DNA from: an uncultured delta proteobacterium
GTDB taxonomy: Bacteria; Desulfobacterota; Binatia; UBA9968
Direction: 5' to 3'
DNA length: 64,000 nucleotides
NCBI GenBank assembly: GCA_963727625.1
Contig: CAVSHR010000004.1
Location: 1,312,001-1,376,000 of the forward strand
In this document: positions 31,830 through 41,774 of the stretch, in pieces
How the letters are laid out: each line of letters starts with the position of its first letter
Position numbering within the stretch: position 1 is the stretch's first letter
Made by a program: the position numbers and the translations under genes
The notes under the pieces: model-generated
What the model saw: the letters and a program-made list of their open reading frames with translations, nothing else
Databases searched by the model: none
What the model was told of the DNA's origin: nothing

Positions 31830-33341
31830 CTAGGATTCGGTGATTTCGTATTTTTCGTGGTGCAGCTCTTGGCTTGCCTTGATGATGATCCGGTGGTTAA
31901 TCTCGCGTTCTAGATTTTCCAGGCTATGGTTTCTTTCGTCGTAAAGAAAGTTTGCCACATCGGGATGGAGCCGTACCACGATATTCTTGTCATCTTCAGT
32001 CTGCCCATGTTGGCGCTTGATCGCGCGTAAAACGTCATACGCGACGGTTGGCGCGGACCTGATCCGCCCCCTGCCCTCGCAGTGCGGGCAGGGACGGAGG
32101 AGCTGGTTCTCCAAACTTTCGCGAGTGCGTTGGCGGGTCATTTCGACTAGCCCGAGCTCGGAAATTTTGAGAATGTTGGTGCGCGCCTTATCTTTCTTGA
32201 GCGCGTCTTTTAACGCCTCGTAAACCTTCTTGCGGTTGGCTTCTTTTTCCATGTCGATGAAATCAATAATGATGATGCCGCCGACGTTTCTCAGGCGTAA
32301 TTGCCGGACAACTTCCTGGGTTGCCTCTAGATTAGTCTTGAAGATGGTGTCTTCTTGGTTGCGCTTGCCGACAAACCGGCCGGTGTTGACGTCTACCGCG
32401 GTGAGCGCCTCGGTTCGTTCAATAATGATGTAACCGCCGGAGCGCAACCACACTTTGCGTTCCAGTGCCTTCACCACCCTGTCCTCGATCCCTTGTTGCT
32501 CGAAGAGCGGCTCTTTGCCTGTGTACGCGACGATTTTCAATTTAAGCCGCGGCATGAAGTGGCGCACGAAATCGACCACCCGGCGATGATCTTTCGGCGA
32601 ATCAATCACCACCTGTTCGGTATCCGTGGAAAAAAAATCGCGAATCGTGCGCGTAATCAGATCGAGATCCTGGTGGATCAGCGACGGCGCCGCGGCGCTT
32701 GCGGCCTTTTTCTGAATGCCCTTCCAGAGCCTCGTGAGAAACCCCAAATCCCGTTGGATTTCCCTCTTGCTGCGCCCTTCGCACGCCGTCCGCAAGATAA
32801 ATCCGCCATCATTGGTTCCCAGCGACTGGGCAATTTCCTTTAGCCGTTTGCGCTCTTCGTCGCTTTCGATGCGCCGGGAGATACCGATATGCTTGGTGCC
32901 CGGCATAAAAACCATATAACGCCCCGGTAACGAAACATGCGAGGTCACTCGCGCGCCTTTGGTTCCAAGCGGATCTTTAGCCACTTGGACGAGAATCTCT
33001 TCGCCGCGGGATAGTTGTTTTTCTAACGGCAGACGGCGCGACGGCCGCGGCTTGGGCGCTTCTGCAAACTCGACCTCCTCCACCGAGTCATTGAGCAGCG
33101 GGACGTCTTCCGGTTCGCTGGAGAAATCGGAGGCATGGAGAAAGCCGGCCTTCTCCATGCCAATATCGATAAAGGCGGCCTGCATGCCCGGCAACACGCG
33201 CGCGACCTTGCCTTTATAAATATTCCCGGCAACACCCATTTCTTCTTTTCGTTCGATCAGAAATTCGGCCAGGAGGCCGTCTTCAATGATCGCAATACGG
33301 TTTTCTTGCGGCGTCGAGTTTATGAAAATCTCTTGTTTCAT
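31830..33341 (-). CDS. rng: Ribonuclease G (Rne/Rng family)
   Basis: GNIYKGKV..VLPGMQAAF S1 domain, DVNTG, LRLRNVGGIIIIDFIDM, CPHCEG; 503 aa. Confidence 0.92.
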   Translation of the reverse strand: MKQEIFINSTPQENRIAIIEDGLLAEFLIERKEEMGVAGNIYKGKVARVLPGMQAAFIDIGMEKAGFLHASDFSSEPEDVPLLNDSVEEVEFAEAPKPRPSRRLPLEKQLSRGEEILVQVAKDPLGTKGARVTSHVSLPGRYMVFMPGTKHIGISRRIESDEERKRLKEIAQSLGTNDGGFILRTACEGRSKREIQRDLGFLTRLWKGIQKKAASAAAPSLIHQDLDLITRTIRDFFSTDTEQVVIDSPKDHRRVVDFVRHFMPRLKLKIVAYTGKEPLFEQQGIEDRVVKALERKVWLRSGGYIIIERTEALTAVDVNTGRFVGKRNQEDTIFKTNLEATQEVVRQLRLRNVGGIIIIDFIDMEKEANRKKVYEALKDALKKDKARTNILKISELGLVEMTRQRTRESLENQLLRPCPHCEGRGRIRSAPTVAYDVLRAIKRQHGQTEDDKNIVVRLHPDVANFLYDERNHSLENLEREINHRIIIKASQELHHEKYEITES

Positions 33342-33583
33342 TAGAATTATTGATTAGGCAAAGACTGCGGGGGAGATCCGTGAGTCGGAATCACCGGAAA
33401 TAAGACGGCGAATTCATTAAATTCGTAACTGAAATTAGTTGTGGTTATAGTGGAATTTATACCCGACTTCAAGCAAACAGCGCGCCGCTCTAAAACCGCG
33501 GAATTGACTTTGACCGTCCCTCCGGATATTTTTATCGGAGTATCGTTGCATCTAGTTCCCATCATGTAGGCATCGAAAACTAT

Positions 33584-34216
33584 ATGATTTATCCGGCCAC
33601 AGCGCCTGCTTACGGTATCCTCAATACTAAAGTCCTGATTCTCAATCGGTCCTATTTGCCGATCCATGTCACGTCGGTACGGCGCGCGTTCGTGCTGCTT
33701 TATCAGGGCATCGCCAAGGCGGTTAACGAGCAGTACCGGACCTTCGATTTTGCCAGCTGGAGCGATCTTTCGATATCGGCCCATGACGAGACCATTGGCT
33801 TGGTAAACCGGGTGATCCGGGTTCCCAGGGTCGTTTTGCTGGTTGGCTATGATCGAGTGCCCAAGCGCCAGGTTCGCTTCAGCCGATACAATATTTACGC
33901 CCGCGATAAATGCACCTGCCAGTATTGCGGCCGGCGCCTGCCACGCCATGAACTCAACCTTGACCATGTTATCCCGCGCTCGCAAAACGGCACCTCGACT
34001 TGGGAAAACGTGGTCTGCTCGTGCCACGAATGCAACCGGCGCAAGGGCGGAAGAACGCCCCAACAGGCCAACATGCCGCTGGTCCGCAAACCATTTAAGC
34101 CGCAGTGGACGCCGTTCATGCAAGAAACCTTCAGCATGTCTCGTTACAAGGAATGGATGCCGTTCCTGAACACGATCGACGTCTCATACTGGAACACCGA
34201 ATTGCTCGAGATGTAG
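33584..34216 (+). CDS. HNH endonuclease (McrA-like)
   Basis: VLILNRSY, RDKCTCQYC, LDHVIPRS, WENVVCSCHECNRRKG. Confidence 0.9.
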   Translation: MIYPATAPAYGILNTKVLILNRSYLPIHVTSVRRAFVLLYQGIAKAVNEQYRTFDFASWSDLSISAHDETIGLVNRVIRVPRVVLLVGYDRVPKRQVRFSRYNIYARDKCTCQYCGRRLPRHELNLDHVIPRSQNGTSTWENVVCSCHECNRRKGGRTPQQANMPLVRKPFKPQWTPFMQETFSMSRYKEWMPFLNTIDVSYWNTELLEM

Positions 34217-34317
34217 TTCTGTTCAGCCCATCGAAAGGTGACCTGCTTTTCGCTCATGGGCTGCCGACCCCCTAATCCTACAAAAATCACAGGGCTGCTT
34301 CCGGCGCAGCGCTTACC

Positions 34318-34365
34318 TCCCCATATCTTGCGGTAAATTTCAACATGTCCCCCCGTATATTGTGA
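34318..34365 (+). promoter_or_regulatory. Tandem NrdR-box-like operators upstream of smc
   Basis: TCCCCATATCTTGCGG (34318-34333) and CCCCCGTATATTGTGA (34350-34365) resemble acaCwAtATaTwGtgt, with starts 32 bp apart; TTGACA at 34373. Confidence 0.65.
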
Positions 34366-34456
34366 TTATCACTTGACACCCTCAGTCTACTATGGAATAT
34401 TGCAGCTATATTTCGCCGGTTTCAACTGCCAGGAAATTCCCTAGATAGAATTAGCT

Positions 34457-37400
34457 ATGCGTTTAAAACGCCTTGAAATGGTTGGATTTAAGTCATTCGC
34501 CGGAAAGACCGTAGTGGAGCTTAATCCGGGCATCACTGCGGTGGTCGGCCCGAACGGCTGTGGCAAGTCGAATATCGTCGATGCCTTGCGCTGGGCCATG
34601 GGCGAGCAAAGCGCGCGCCATCTACGCGGCCAGCAAATGGAAGACGTGGTTTTTAATGGTAGCGACAGTTTACCGCCCACCGGAATGGCGGAGGTGTCGA
34701 TCATCTTCGACAATGAGGACGGCCGCGGTCCCGCTGAGTACGGCAACTTTAGCGAGATCATGGTGACCCGGCGGCTGTTTCGCTCCGGCGAATCGGAATA
34801 CGCGATCAACAAAGTCATCTGCCGTCTGAAGGACGTGGTCGAGCTATTTTTGGGAACCGGGGTCGGCAGCAAAGCCTATTCGATCGTCGAGCAAGGTAAA
34901 GTCGATGAATTGGTCAATTCCAAACCGGAAGATCGGCGCGGGGTGATTGAAGAAGCCGCCGGCACGAGTAAGTACAAAAGCCGCAAAAGCATCGCTGAGA
35001 AGAAACTGGAGCGCACTCAGCAGAATCTTCTGAGAGTGAGCGACATCGTGCGCGAGATCGAACGGCAGATCCGCACGATGGAGTTGCAGGCGAAAAAGGC
35101 CGAGCGTTACCGCGCCCTCAGAGAGGAGCTCAAAGACAAAGAGCTCGCCAGCGCATTTTTGCAAACCGAAGTCTTTAACGTTGAAATTGCCCGTCAAGAA
35201 AGCCAATTGGCCGGCGTGGAAAATCGGTTAGCCGAGCACCTGGCTTTGATGCACGGAAAAGAAGCGGAAAACGAGTCGGTACGATTGTCCTTGATGGAAG
35301 CCGACAAGGAAATTGGTTTGCTCCAAGAATGCGTCTATCAACGGCGGGGGGCGATTCAAGCCGACGAACAGAAGTGTGAATTTTACCGCAAAGATCTGAC
35401 GCAACTGGCGCAGACCGAAGCCGACACCCGCACCTCGCTAGCGCAGCTCGAAGAGAGAACCAAATCCCTCGCCCAAGAAATCGACGAGCTTAACAAGGCG
35501 AACGAGAGTTTCATTCAGCTCTCGCTCTTTGAAGAATCGTTTCTCCGCGACAAGGAAAGCGAGCTCGAAAATCTTCAGATTCGGCTACGCTCGCTCCAAG
35601 CCGAGCTTGAAGAGGAAAAAGCGGCATTGATCGACGCCGCCAACCAGATTGCCAATCTGAAAAACGAAGCCCTGGCCAAGGAAAAGCGCCATAGCGAAAT
35701 CGACCGAGAGCTGGCGCGCAACCGTGCAGAGCTCGCCCAGGCATCGGCCGAGCTGGCGGCATGCGAAGAGAAGAAGTGCGCCAGCGCCGGGGCGTTGGCA
35801 GGCTGCTCGGACGAGGTGCGTGAGCGCACATTAGAGGTCGCTCAGGTTAACGCGACGATCCAGGGCTTGAGCAAGTGCCGCGCAGAGCAAGAATCGAAAT
35901 TTGCCTCGATCAAGGAGCAAATCCACGAGAGCCGCTCGCGCTTGCGCTCCTTTGAGGAGCTGCAAAAAAACTACGAAGGCTATCAAGAAGGCGTGCGCGC
36001 CATCATGCTCAAGAGACAGCAGGAATCCGAGCCGAACGGGATTTACGGGTTGGTAGCCGAAGTCATCGAAGCGCCGGAGAACTACGAAAAGGCGCTGACT
36101 GCGGTTTTGGGTGATCGCCTGCAATATGTCATCGTCAAAAGCCACCGGGAGGGCCTTGAAGCGATCGATTATTTAAAGACCCAAGCCTCCGGCCGCGGCA
36201 GCTTCATCCCCCTCGAACTATCGCGCAAGCCCCATAAGGAATTACCCCTCGGCGAAGCTGAAGTGATCGCGCCACTGATCAACGTCATTTCCGTCAAAGA
36301 AGGTTTTCGCGATGTCGCGGAATATTTACTTTCCGACGTCGTGGTGGTGCGCGATCTTCAGGCCGGCCTGGCGCTTTGGAACCGCAACGGTTATCACAAC
36401 ACGATGGTCACTTCGGAGGGCGAGGTGATCGACCCGATCGGCATCGTCACCGGTGGCAGCAGCGCGCCCTTGGAAGCGAGCTTTCTCACCCAAAGGCGGC
36501 GCATCCGCGAGCTCAAAGCCATACTTGCCGAGCGCGAGCTGCAGATCGCCCAGGAGCAGCGCAAACAGGAAGAACTCAAACAGCAGCTGGAGCAAGCGGA
36601 AACTCAAAAAGCGGTATTGGCCGCCGAGATCCATCGGCTCGAGCTCGATCGGGTGCGTTTGGATCATGAGAATCGCGCCGCGAGCCAGGAATATGAGCGC
36701 TTGACCCAGACGGTGCAGGCGCTTACTCAGGAACAAAGCGATCTGACAACCACGGTGCAACTTCTCACCGAAGAGATCCAAAGCTGTCGAAGCCAGGCAC
36801 AATCGCGCAGCGATGAGAAGACCACGCGCGAGGCGGCTTTGGCGCGCAAGCAGACGGAGCTCGCTGAGTTAGACCAGTCCGTGGAAGGGGCTGAAAGCGC
36901 GGCGACGCAGTCGCGCATCCGCAACGCGGCCTTGGGCGAAAAGCGCGACAACACCCATTTGAATTTGGCCAATCGCCTCAAACTTCAAGAGGAAACCGCT
37001 CGAGAAATCGCCACGCGCCAGGGACAGATCGCCGATTGCCAGCAGCGCCGCGTCGAGATCGAGCAGGCCTTGGGGCAAACCGAGGACGCCCTTGGGCAAA
37101 ACCGCGTCGAGCTGCAAGAGCTTGAAAAACGGCTCCATACCGACCGCCAGAAATACCGGGAGATCTCTATGCGGGTCGCCGAGATCGGCGAGACGCTCAA
37201 AGAGCTCAGGCCGGTGCTCGAAACTTGCCAGGAGGAAAAGAGCCAGATTCAATTGACCCTCACCGAGCAACGGCTCGGCCTGCAACATTTGGCCACCAAC
37301 TTGCGGGAAAAATACGACACCGACTTGAAAAACTTGACCATAGAATTTCCCGACAATCGGCCGTCGCAAGCCGAGCTGAGAGTTGAGATCGACGATCTGC

Positions 37401-38011
37401 GCGGCCGACTGGAGCGCATGGGCGAAGTAAACTTGGCCGCCATCGGCGAGTACGAAGAGCTCACCGAGCGCTTTCGTTTCATGAGCCGGCAAAAAGAAGA
37501 TCTGGAAAAATCGATCGCCGACTTGCAACAGACCATCGTCAAGCTCAATCGCATTTGCCGGCTGCGCTTCAAGGAAAGTTTCGAAGCCATCAATGAAAAA
37601 TTCGAAGCGATTTTTCCGCGTCTATTCCGCGGCGGCAAAGCTAAATTGGTGCTTACCGACGAGAACGATTATCTCGAAACCGGCGTCGATATCGTAGTCC
37701 AACCACCGGGTAAAAAACTGCAATCGATAACCCTGTTGTCCGGCGGCGAAAAGGCGCTGACCGCGGTCAGTCTTTTGTTCGCGATCTTTTTAACCAAGCC
37801 CAGCCCATTTTGCTTTCTCGACGAAGTGGACGCGCCGCTCGATGACGCCAACGTCGATCGCTTCAATGACATGATCAAGGAGATGAGCGAGCTCTCGCAA
37901 TTTATCCTGGTCACGCACAATAAAAAATCCATGCAGGCCGCCGAGACGCTGTATGGCATCACTATGGCGGAGCCCGGGGTTTCCAAGGTCGTTTCGGTAA
38001 GAATGCAATAG
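34457..38011 (+). CDS. smc: Chromosome segregation protein SMC
   Basis: GFKSF, GPNGCGKSN, coiled coils, hinge, LSGGEK, LDEVDAPLD; 1184 aa; followed by ftsY. Confidence 0.97.
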   Translation: MRLKRLEMVGFKSFAGKTVVELNPGITAVVGPNGCGKSNIVDALRWAMGEQSARHLRGQQMEDVVFNGSDSLPPTGMAEVSIIFDNEDGRGPAEYGNFSEIMVTRRLFRSGESEYAINKVICRLKDVVELFLGTGVGSKAYSIVEQGKVDELVNSKPEDRRGVIEEAAGTSKYKSRKSIAEKKLERTQQNLLRVSDIVREIERQIRTMELQAKKAERYRALREELKDKELASAFLQTEVFNVEIARQESQLAGVENRLAEHLALMHGKEAENESVRLSLMEADKEIGLLQECVYQRRGAIQADEQKCEFYRKDLTQLAQTEADTRTSLAQLEERTKSLAQEIDELNKANESFIQLSLFEESFLRDKESELENLQIRLRSLQAELEEEKAALIDAANQIANLKNEALAKEKRHSEIDRELARNRAELAQASAELAACEEKKCASAGALAGCSDEVRERTLEVAQVNATIQGLSKCRAEQESKFASIKEQIHESRSRLRSFEELQKNYEGYQEGVRAIMLKRQQESEPNGIYGLVAEVIEAPENYEKALTAVLGDRLQYVIVKSHREGLEAIDYLKTQASGRGSFIPLELSRKPHKELPLGEAEVIAPLINVISVKEGFRDVAEYLLSDVVVVRDLQAGLALWNRNGYHNTMVTSEGEVIDPIGIVTGGSSAPLEASFLTQRRRIRELKAILAERELQIAQEQRKQEELKQQLEQAETQKAVLAAEIHRLELDRVRLDHENRAASQEYERLTQTVQALTQEQSDLTTTVQLLTEEIQSCRSQAQSRSDEKTTREAALARKQTELAELDQSVEGAESAATQSRIRNAALGEKRDNTHLNLANRLKLQEETAREIATRQGQIADCQQRRVEIEQALGQTEDALGQNRVELQELEKRLHTDRQKYREISMRVAEIGETLKELRPVLETCQEEKSQIQLTLTEQRLGLQHLATNLREKYDTDLKNLTIEFPDNRPSQAELRVEIDDLRGRLERMGEVNLAAIGEYEELTERFRFMSRQKEDLEKSIADLQQTIVKLNRICRLRFKESFEAINEKFEAIFPRLFRGGKAKLVLTDENDYLETGVDIVVQPPGKKLQSITLLSGGEKALTAVSLLFAIFLTKPSPFCFLDEVDAPLDDANVDRFNDMIKEMSELSQFILVTHNKKSMQAAETLYGITMAEPGVSKVVSVRMQ

Positions 38012-38074
38012 CCGCGCGGCCAATTTCCAGCCCATCCGGTTGACTCCATCACAACCTTCCAACAGTATGAGTCC

Positions 38075-39001
38075 ATGAACGGTGGATCGTTTTTTCAGCG
38101 CCTCAAACAGGGCCTGAGCAAGAGTCGCGAAAGCCTGGCGGGAAAAATCGGCACGATTTTTCAGAACCGGCGCTGGGATGAAAATTCCCTGGCAGCGATG
38201 GAAGAAAGCTTGATCGCCGCCGACGTGGGCGTAAAGGCGACCCAGAAACTCGTTGATAGCCTGCGGCGTCAATCGCCCAACGGCAGCGATGATTTGGCGC
38301 AAGAAATGAGCGCGCGCCTACAGGCCGCCATGATTCAGATGCTGCAAGAGTCCAAAGGCGTGACTAAACTGCCGCCCTTCTCGGTTCGCCCCTGGGTCGT
38401 CATCTTTCTCGGCGTCAACGGCGTCGGCAAGACCACCACCATCGGTAAGCTCGCCGCGCAATTGCGCGGCGCCGGCAAGAAAGTCTTGCTGGTGGCCGGC
38501 GACACCTTTCGCGCCGCCGCCGTCGAGCAGCTTGATGCCTGGGGCAAGCGCACCGGGGTCGACGTCGTCAAGCATCGCGCCGGCGCCGATCCATCGGCCG
38601 TGGTCTTCGACGGTATGCAAGCGGCTAAAAGCCGCGGCGTCGATGTTCTGTTGATCGACACCGCCGGGCGTCTCCATACCAAGGTTCACTTGATCGAAGA
38701 GCTCAAAAAGATCCGCCGGGTGATCACCCGCGAGCAGCCGGATGCGCCGCACGAGACTCTCCTGGTGCTCGATGCCACCACCGGACAGAACGGTCTGCAG
38801 CAGGCGCGCGCCTTTAAAGAAGCCGCCGACATCAGCGGCATCGTGCTAACCAAACTCGACGGCACCGCCAAAGGCGGCGTCATCATCGGCATCCAAGAGG
38901 AGCTGGGCGTGCCGGTCAAGTACATCGGCATCGGCGAAGATGTCGAAGATCTACAACCCTTCGACGCAGCGAGCTTTGTCCGCGCTCTGTTTGAAAATTG
39001 A
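38075..39001 (+). CDS. ftsY: SRP receptor FtsY
   Basis: GVNGVGKTTTIGKLA, DTFRAAA, DTAGR, TKLDGTAKGG. Confidence 0.97.
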   Translation: MNGGSFFQRLKQGLSKSRESLAGKIGTIFQNRRWDENSLAAMEESLIAADVGVKATQKLVDSLRRQSPNGSDDLAQEMSARLQAAMIQMLQESKGVTKLPPFSVRPWVVIFLGVNGVGKTTTIGKLAAQLRGAGKKVLLVAGDTFRAAAVEQLDAWGKRTGVDVVKHRAGADPSAVVFDGMQAAKSRGVDVLLIDTAGRLHTKVHLIEELKKIRRVITREQPDAPHETLLVLDATTGQNGLQQARAFKEAADISGIVLTKLDGTAKGGVIIGIQEELGVPVKYIGIGEDVEDLQPFDAASFVRALFEN

Positions 39002-39075
39002 CGGTCGCTTTGGGTGACGGCAACGGGCTCTTGACTTGTTTAGGGACGAGCAATAACCTTCTTGAGGGAGTAATT

Positions 39076-39426
39076 ATGGAAACCTCGCATACCGACATCG
39101 TCGACTTATCCCTGAGCTCCAGCGCCGCTGAGCAGATCAAGAAGCTTTTGGCCCGCGATTCGCGTGAAGGTTATGGTCTTCGGGTTTCCGTAACCGATGG
39201 AGGTTGTTCCGGTTTTTCTTACAAACTGGATTTTGACGAGCGCCACAAGCCGGATGACCTGGTTCTGGAGCTAAGCGGATTAAAGGTTTTCGTTGATCAC
39301 CGCAGTGCGCCCTATCTGGCCGGCACGGTGATCGACTTTATCCCGGGCATTTACGGCGGCGGCTTTAAATTCAGCAATCCCAACGCTACGGCCACCTGCG
39401 GCTGCGGCACGTCTTTCTCGGCCTAA
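39076..39426 (+). CDS. A-type Fe-S cluster carrier (IscA/ErpA/HesB)
   Basis: GGCSGFSY, NPNATATCGCGTSF. Confidence 0.92.
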   Translation: METSHTDIVDLSLSSSAAEQIKKLLARDSREGYGLRVSVTDGGCSGFSYKLDFDERHKPDDLVLELSGLKVFVDHRSAPYLAGTVIDFIPGIYGGGFKFSNPNATATCGCGTSFSA

Positions 39427-39584
39427 GCGCCGGAACCGATCTCAATCGGATAATTAGCGTTTCGTGCCCACAAGGCTAACGAGTTTCCGAGAGACGGCAG
39501 CGGACTGTCCGTGTTTGTTTTGGTCTACTGGTTTGGCGCAGCCGCGGATCTCGTCAACGAGTAACAATATTTCAAGGACGACTT

Positions 39585-40622
39585 TTGAAGGCGGTAAAAA
39601 TCCACGCTCATGGCGGCATCGATCAACTGCGCTACGGCGAAACCGAGGACCCGGAGATCCGAGGGTCCATGGATGTCATCGTCAAGCTCAAGGCCGCCGC
39701 AGTCAACCGTATTGACTTAGCCATCCGCGCCGGCGTTAATGGCGAAAGCCTTTTTTCGCCGCGCATTCTCGGCGCCGACGGCGCGGGCACGGTTGTCACA
39801 GTCGGCGCCGAAGTGAAACACGTCACACCAGGCGATGCAGTTTGCCTTTATCCTCTGATCGGCTGCGGCCAGTGTCGTTACTGCGCCATCGGACGCGAAT
39901 CCAGCTGTGACGCAAGGAAAGTTTTGGGTGAACGCGACGACGGCACCTACGCTGAGTACATCCGAGTGCCTGCAAAAAATTGCTTCGCCGTGCCCGCTGG
40001 ATTATCGTTCGAAGAAGCGGCCGCCCTCCCGCTGGTGTACGTGACCGCTTGGCGCATGTTGATCAGCCACGCCGATGTCAGGCCAGGCGAATGGGTCTTG
40101 ATCATGGGGGCCGGCGGCGGCATCGCGACGGCGGCGCTGCAACTGGCCGCCGCCATCGGCGCGCATATTATCGTGACTTCGAGCAGTGAGGCAAAATTGG
40201 CCCGAGCCATGCAGCTCGGCGCGGCGCATGGCCTCAGCTATCGAGACCCGGAATTTGCCAGAGAAGTACGACGGTTGACCGGCAAGCACGGCGCCGATGT
40301 CGTTGTCGACTGCAGCGGTGGAGAGAACTGGGCCAAATGCCTGGCGGCCCTCGCGCGCGGCGGCAGACTGGTAACTTGCGGAGCTGGCGCCGGAGCGTTG
40401 GCCAAATCTGATCTGCCACGGGTATTCTGGAACCATCTGAAGATTTTCGGGACGAGACCGGGAAATCGCACCGAGTTTTGCCAGCTGCTCAACTTCATGG
40501 AATTTTCTTTTGCAAAACCAGTCATCGACCAAGTGTTTCCCCTCGAAGACGCCAAGTGGGCGCAGCGGCGTATGCAAGATGGTCAACAATTCGGTAAGAT
40601 CGTGCTGCGCATGAACACTTGA
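39585..40622 (+). CDS. Zinc-binding alcohol dehydrogenase family protein
   Basis: GADGAG, CGQCRYC..C, GAGGGIA, FGKIVL. Confidence 0.88.
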   Translation: MKAVKIHAHGGIDQLRYGETEDPEIRGSMDVIVKLKAAAVNRIDLAIRAGVNGESLFSPRILGADGAGTVVTVGAEVKHVTPGDAVCLYPLIGCGQCRYCAIGRESSCDARKVLGERDDGTYAEYIRVPAKNCFAVPAGLSFEEAAALPLVYVTAWRMLISHADVRPGEWVLIMGAGGGIATAALQLAAAIGAHIIVTSSSEAKLARAMQLGAAHGLSYRDPEFAREVRRLTGKHGADVVVDCSGGENWAKCLAALARGGRLVTCGAGAGALAKSDLPRVFWNHLKIFGTRPGNRTEFCQLLNFMEFSFAKPVIDQVFPLEDAKWAQRRMQDGQQFGKIVLRMNT

Positions 40623-40684
40623 CAGGCCGGCTCATTAAAATAATCACGGAGTTGACAAACCGCTCGTTGAGCGAGGAATAGTCG

Positions 40685-41257
40685 ATGCGAGTCATCGGAG
40701 GAACGGCGAAGGGCCGCCGTCTGCTTGTACCTAAAGGCCGGTCGGTAAGACCGACGGCAGCGAGAGTCAAAGAGTCGCTCTTTAACATCCTGCCGCGAGA
40801 TTTTTCCGGCATGAAAGTCCTTGACCTTTTTTCCGGTACGGGCAATGTGAGCATCGAAGCGTTGAGCCGCGGCGCTGCGAACGCGCTGCTGGTCGACGCT
40901 TCGGCAAGATCTGCCCACACGATGCGCGAAAATCTCTTGCGCCTGGGATTCGGCGAATGCTCGATGGTTTGGGTCGCCCCGGTGGCCCGGGCTCTGCGCG
41001 CCCTGGCAAAACGCGGCGCCACTTTCGACGTGATTTTTCTCGATCCGCCTTACGAGCAAGGGTTGATGGGCTCCTCCCTAAAGCTCATCGCCCAAGGCCA
41101 TTTGCTCAGCGCCTCGGGAATCGTAGTCGGGGAGCATAGCGCGCGGGAAGCGGTCAAATCGAGCTACGACTCGCTTGTACAATATGACCAGCGGCGCTAC
41201 GGAGATACGCGGTTGTCCTTTTTTAAACAGGCGGTGAACGCCAATTCAGCACTCTGA
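40685..41257 (+). CDS. rsmD: 16S rRNA m2G966 methyltransferase
   Basis: MRVIGG..KGRRL, RPT..RVKESLFN, LDLFSGTG, FLDPPY; upstream of coaD. Confidence 0.93.
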   Translation: MRVIGGTAKGRRLLVPKGRSVRPTAARVKESLFNILPRDFSGMKVLDLFSGTGNVSIEALSRGAANALLVDASARSAHTMRENLLRLGFGECSMVWVAPVARALRALAKRGATFDVIFLDPPYEQGLMGSSLKLIAQGHLLSASGIVVGEHSAREAVKSSYDSLVQYDQRRYGDTRLSFFKQAVNANSAL

Positions 41258-41267
41258 GGATCATGCC

Positions 41268-41768
41268 ATGACAAACAACACGGTTGCCATTTACCCCGGG
41301 TCCTTCGATCCGATGACCAACGGGCATGTCGATCTGGTTAAACGCACGTTGAGAGTCTTCGATCAGGTCGTCGTCGCCATCGCCACCAACCCGGATAAGG
41401 ACCATTCCCTCTTTAGCGTCAAAGAGCGCCTGCAGATGATCGACGAAGTCTTCGTCGGCCTTCAAGGGCGAGTCCAAGCCGACTCGTTTCAGGGCTTGCT
41501 GGTTGAATACGCCGAACGAAAAAATTCCAAGGTGATCATCCGCGGCTTGCGCGCGGTCTCCGATTTTGAATACGAATTTCAGATGGCGATGATGAATCAC
41601 CGCCTCAAACCGCAGCTCGAAACCCTATTCATGATGACCGGTGAGTCGGAGTTCTACACCAGCTCGCGGCTGGTCAAAGAAGTGGTCAGCCTAGGCGGCG
41701 ATGTCTCCGGCTTGGTGCCCGATAATGTCTTAAAGAAGCTTAAAGATAAGTTTAAGCGCCGAGGATGA
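41268..41768 (+). CDS. coaD: Phosphopantetheine adenylyltransferase
   Basis: YPGSFDPMTNGH, RGLRAVSDFEYE, SSRLVKE. Confidence 0.96.
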   Translation: MTNNTVAIYPGSFDPMTNGHVDLVKRTLRVFDQVVVAIATNPDKDHSLFSVKERLQMIDEVFVGLQGRVQADSFQGLLVEYAERKNSKVIIRGLRAVSDFEYEFQMAMMNHRLKPQLETLFMMTGESEFYTSSRLVKEVVSLGGDVSGLVPDNVLKKLKDKFKRRG

Positions 41769-41774
41769 CGTCGG

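Noticed and set aside
33584-38011. HNH + SMC as a Wadjet/Lamassu-type defence system
   Set aside because: The SMC is a canonical full-length condensin with hinge in the usual smc-ftsY context, and no jet/lmu partner genes are present.
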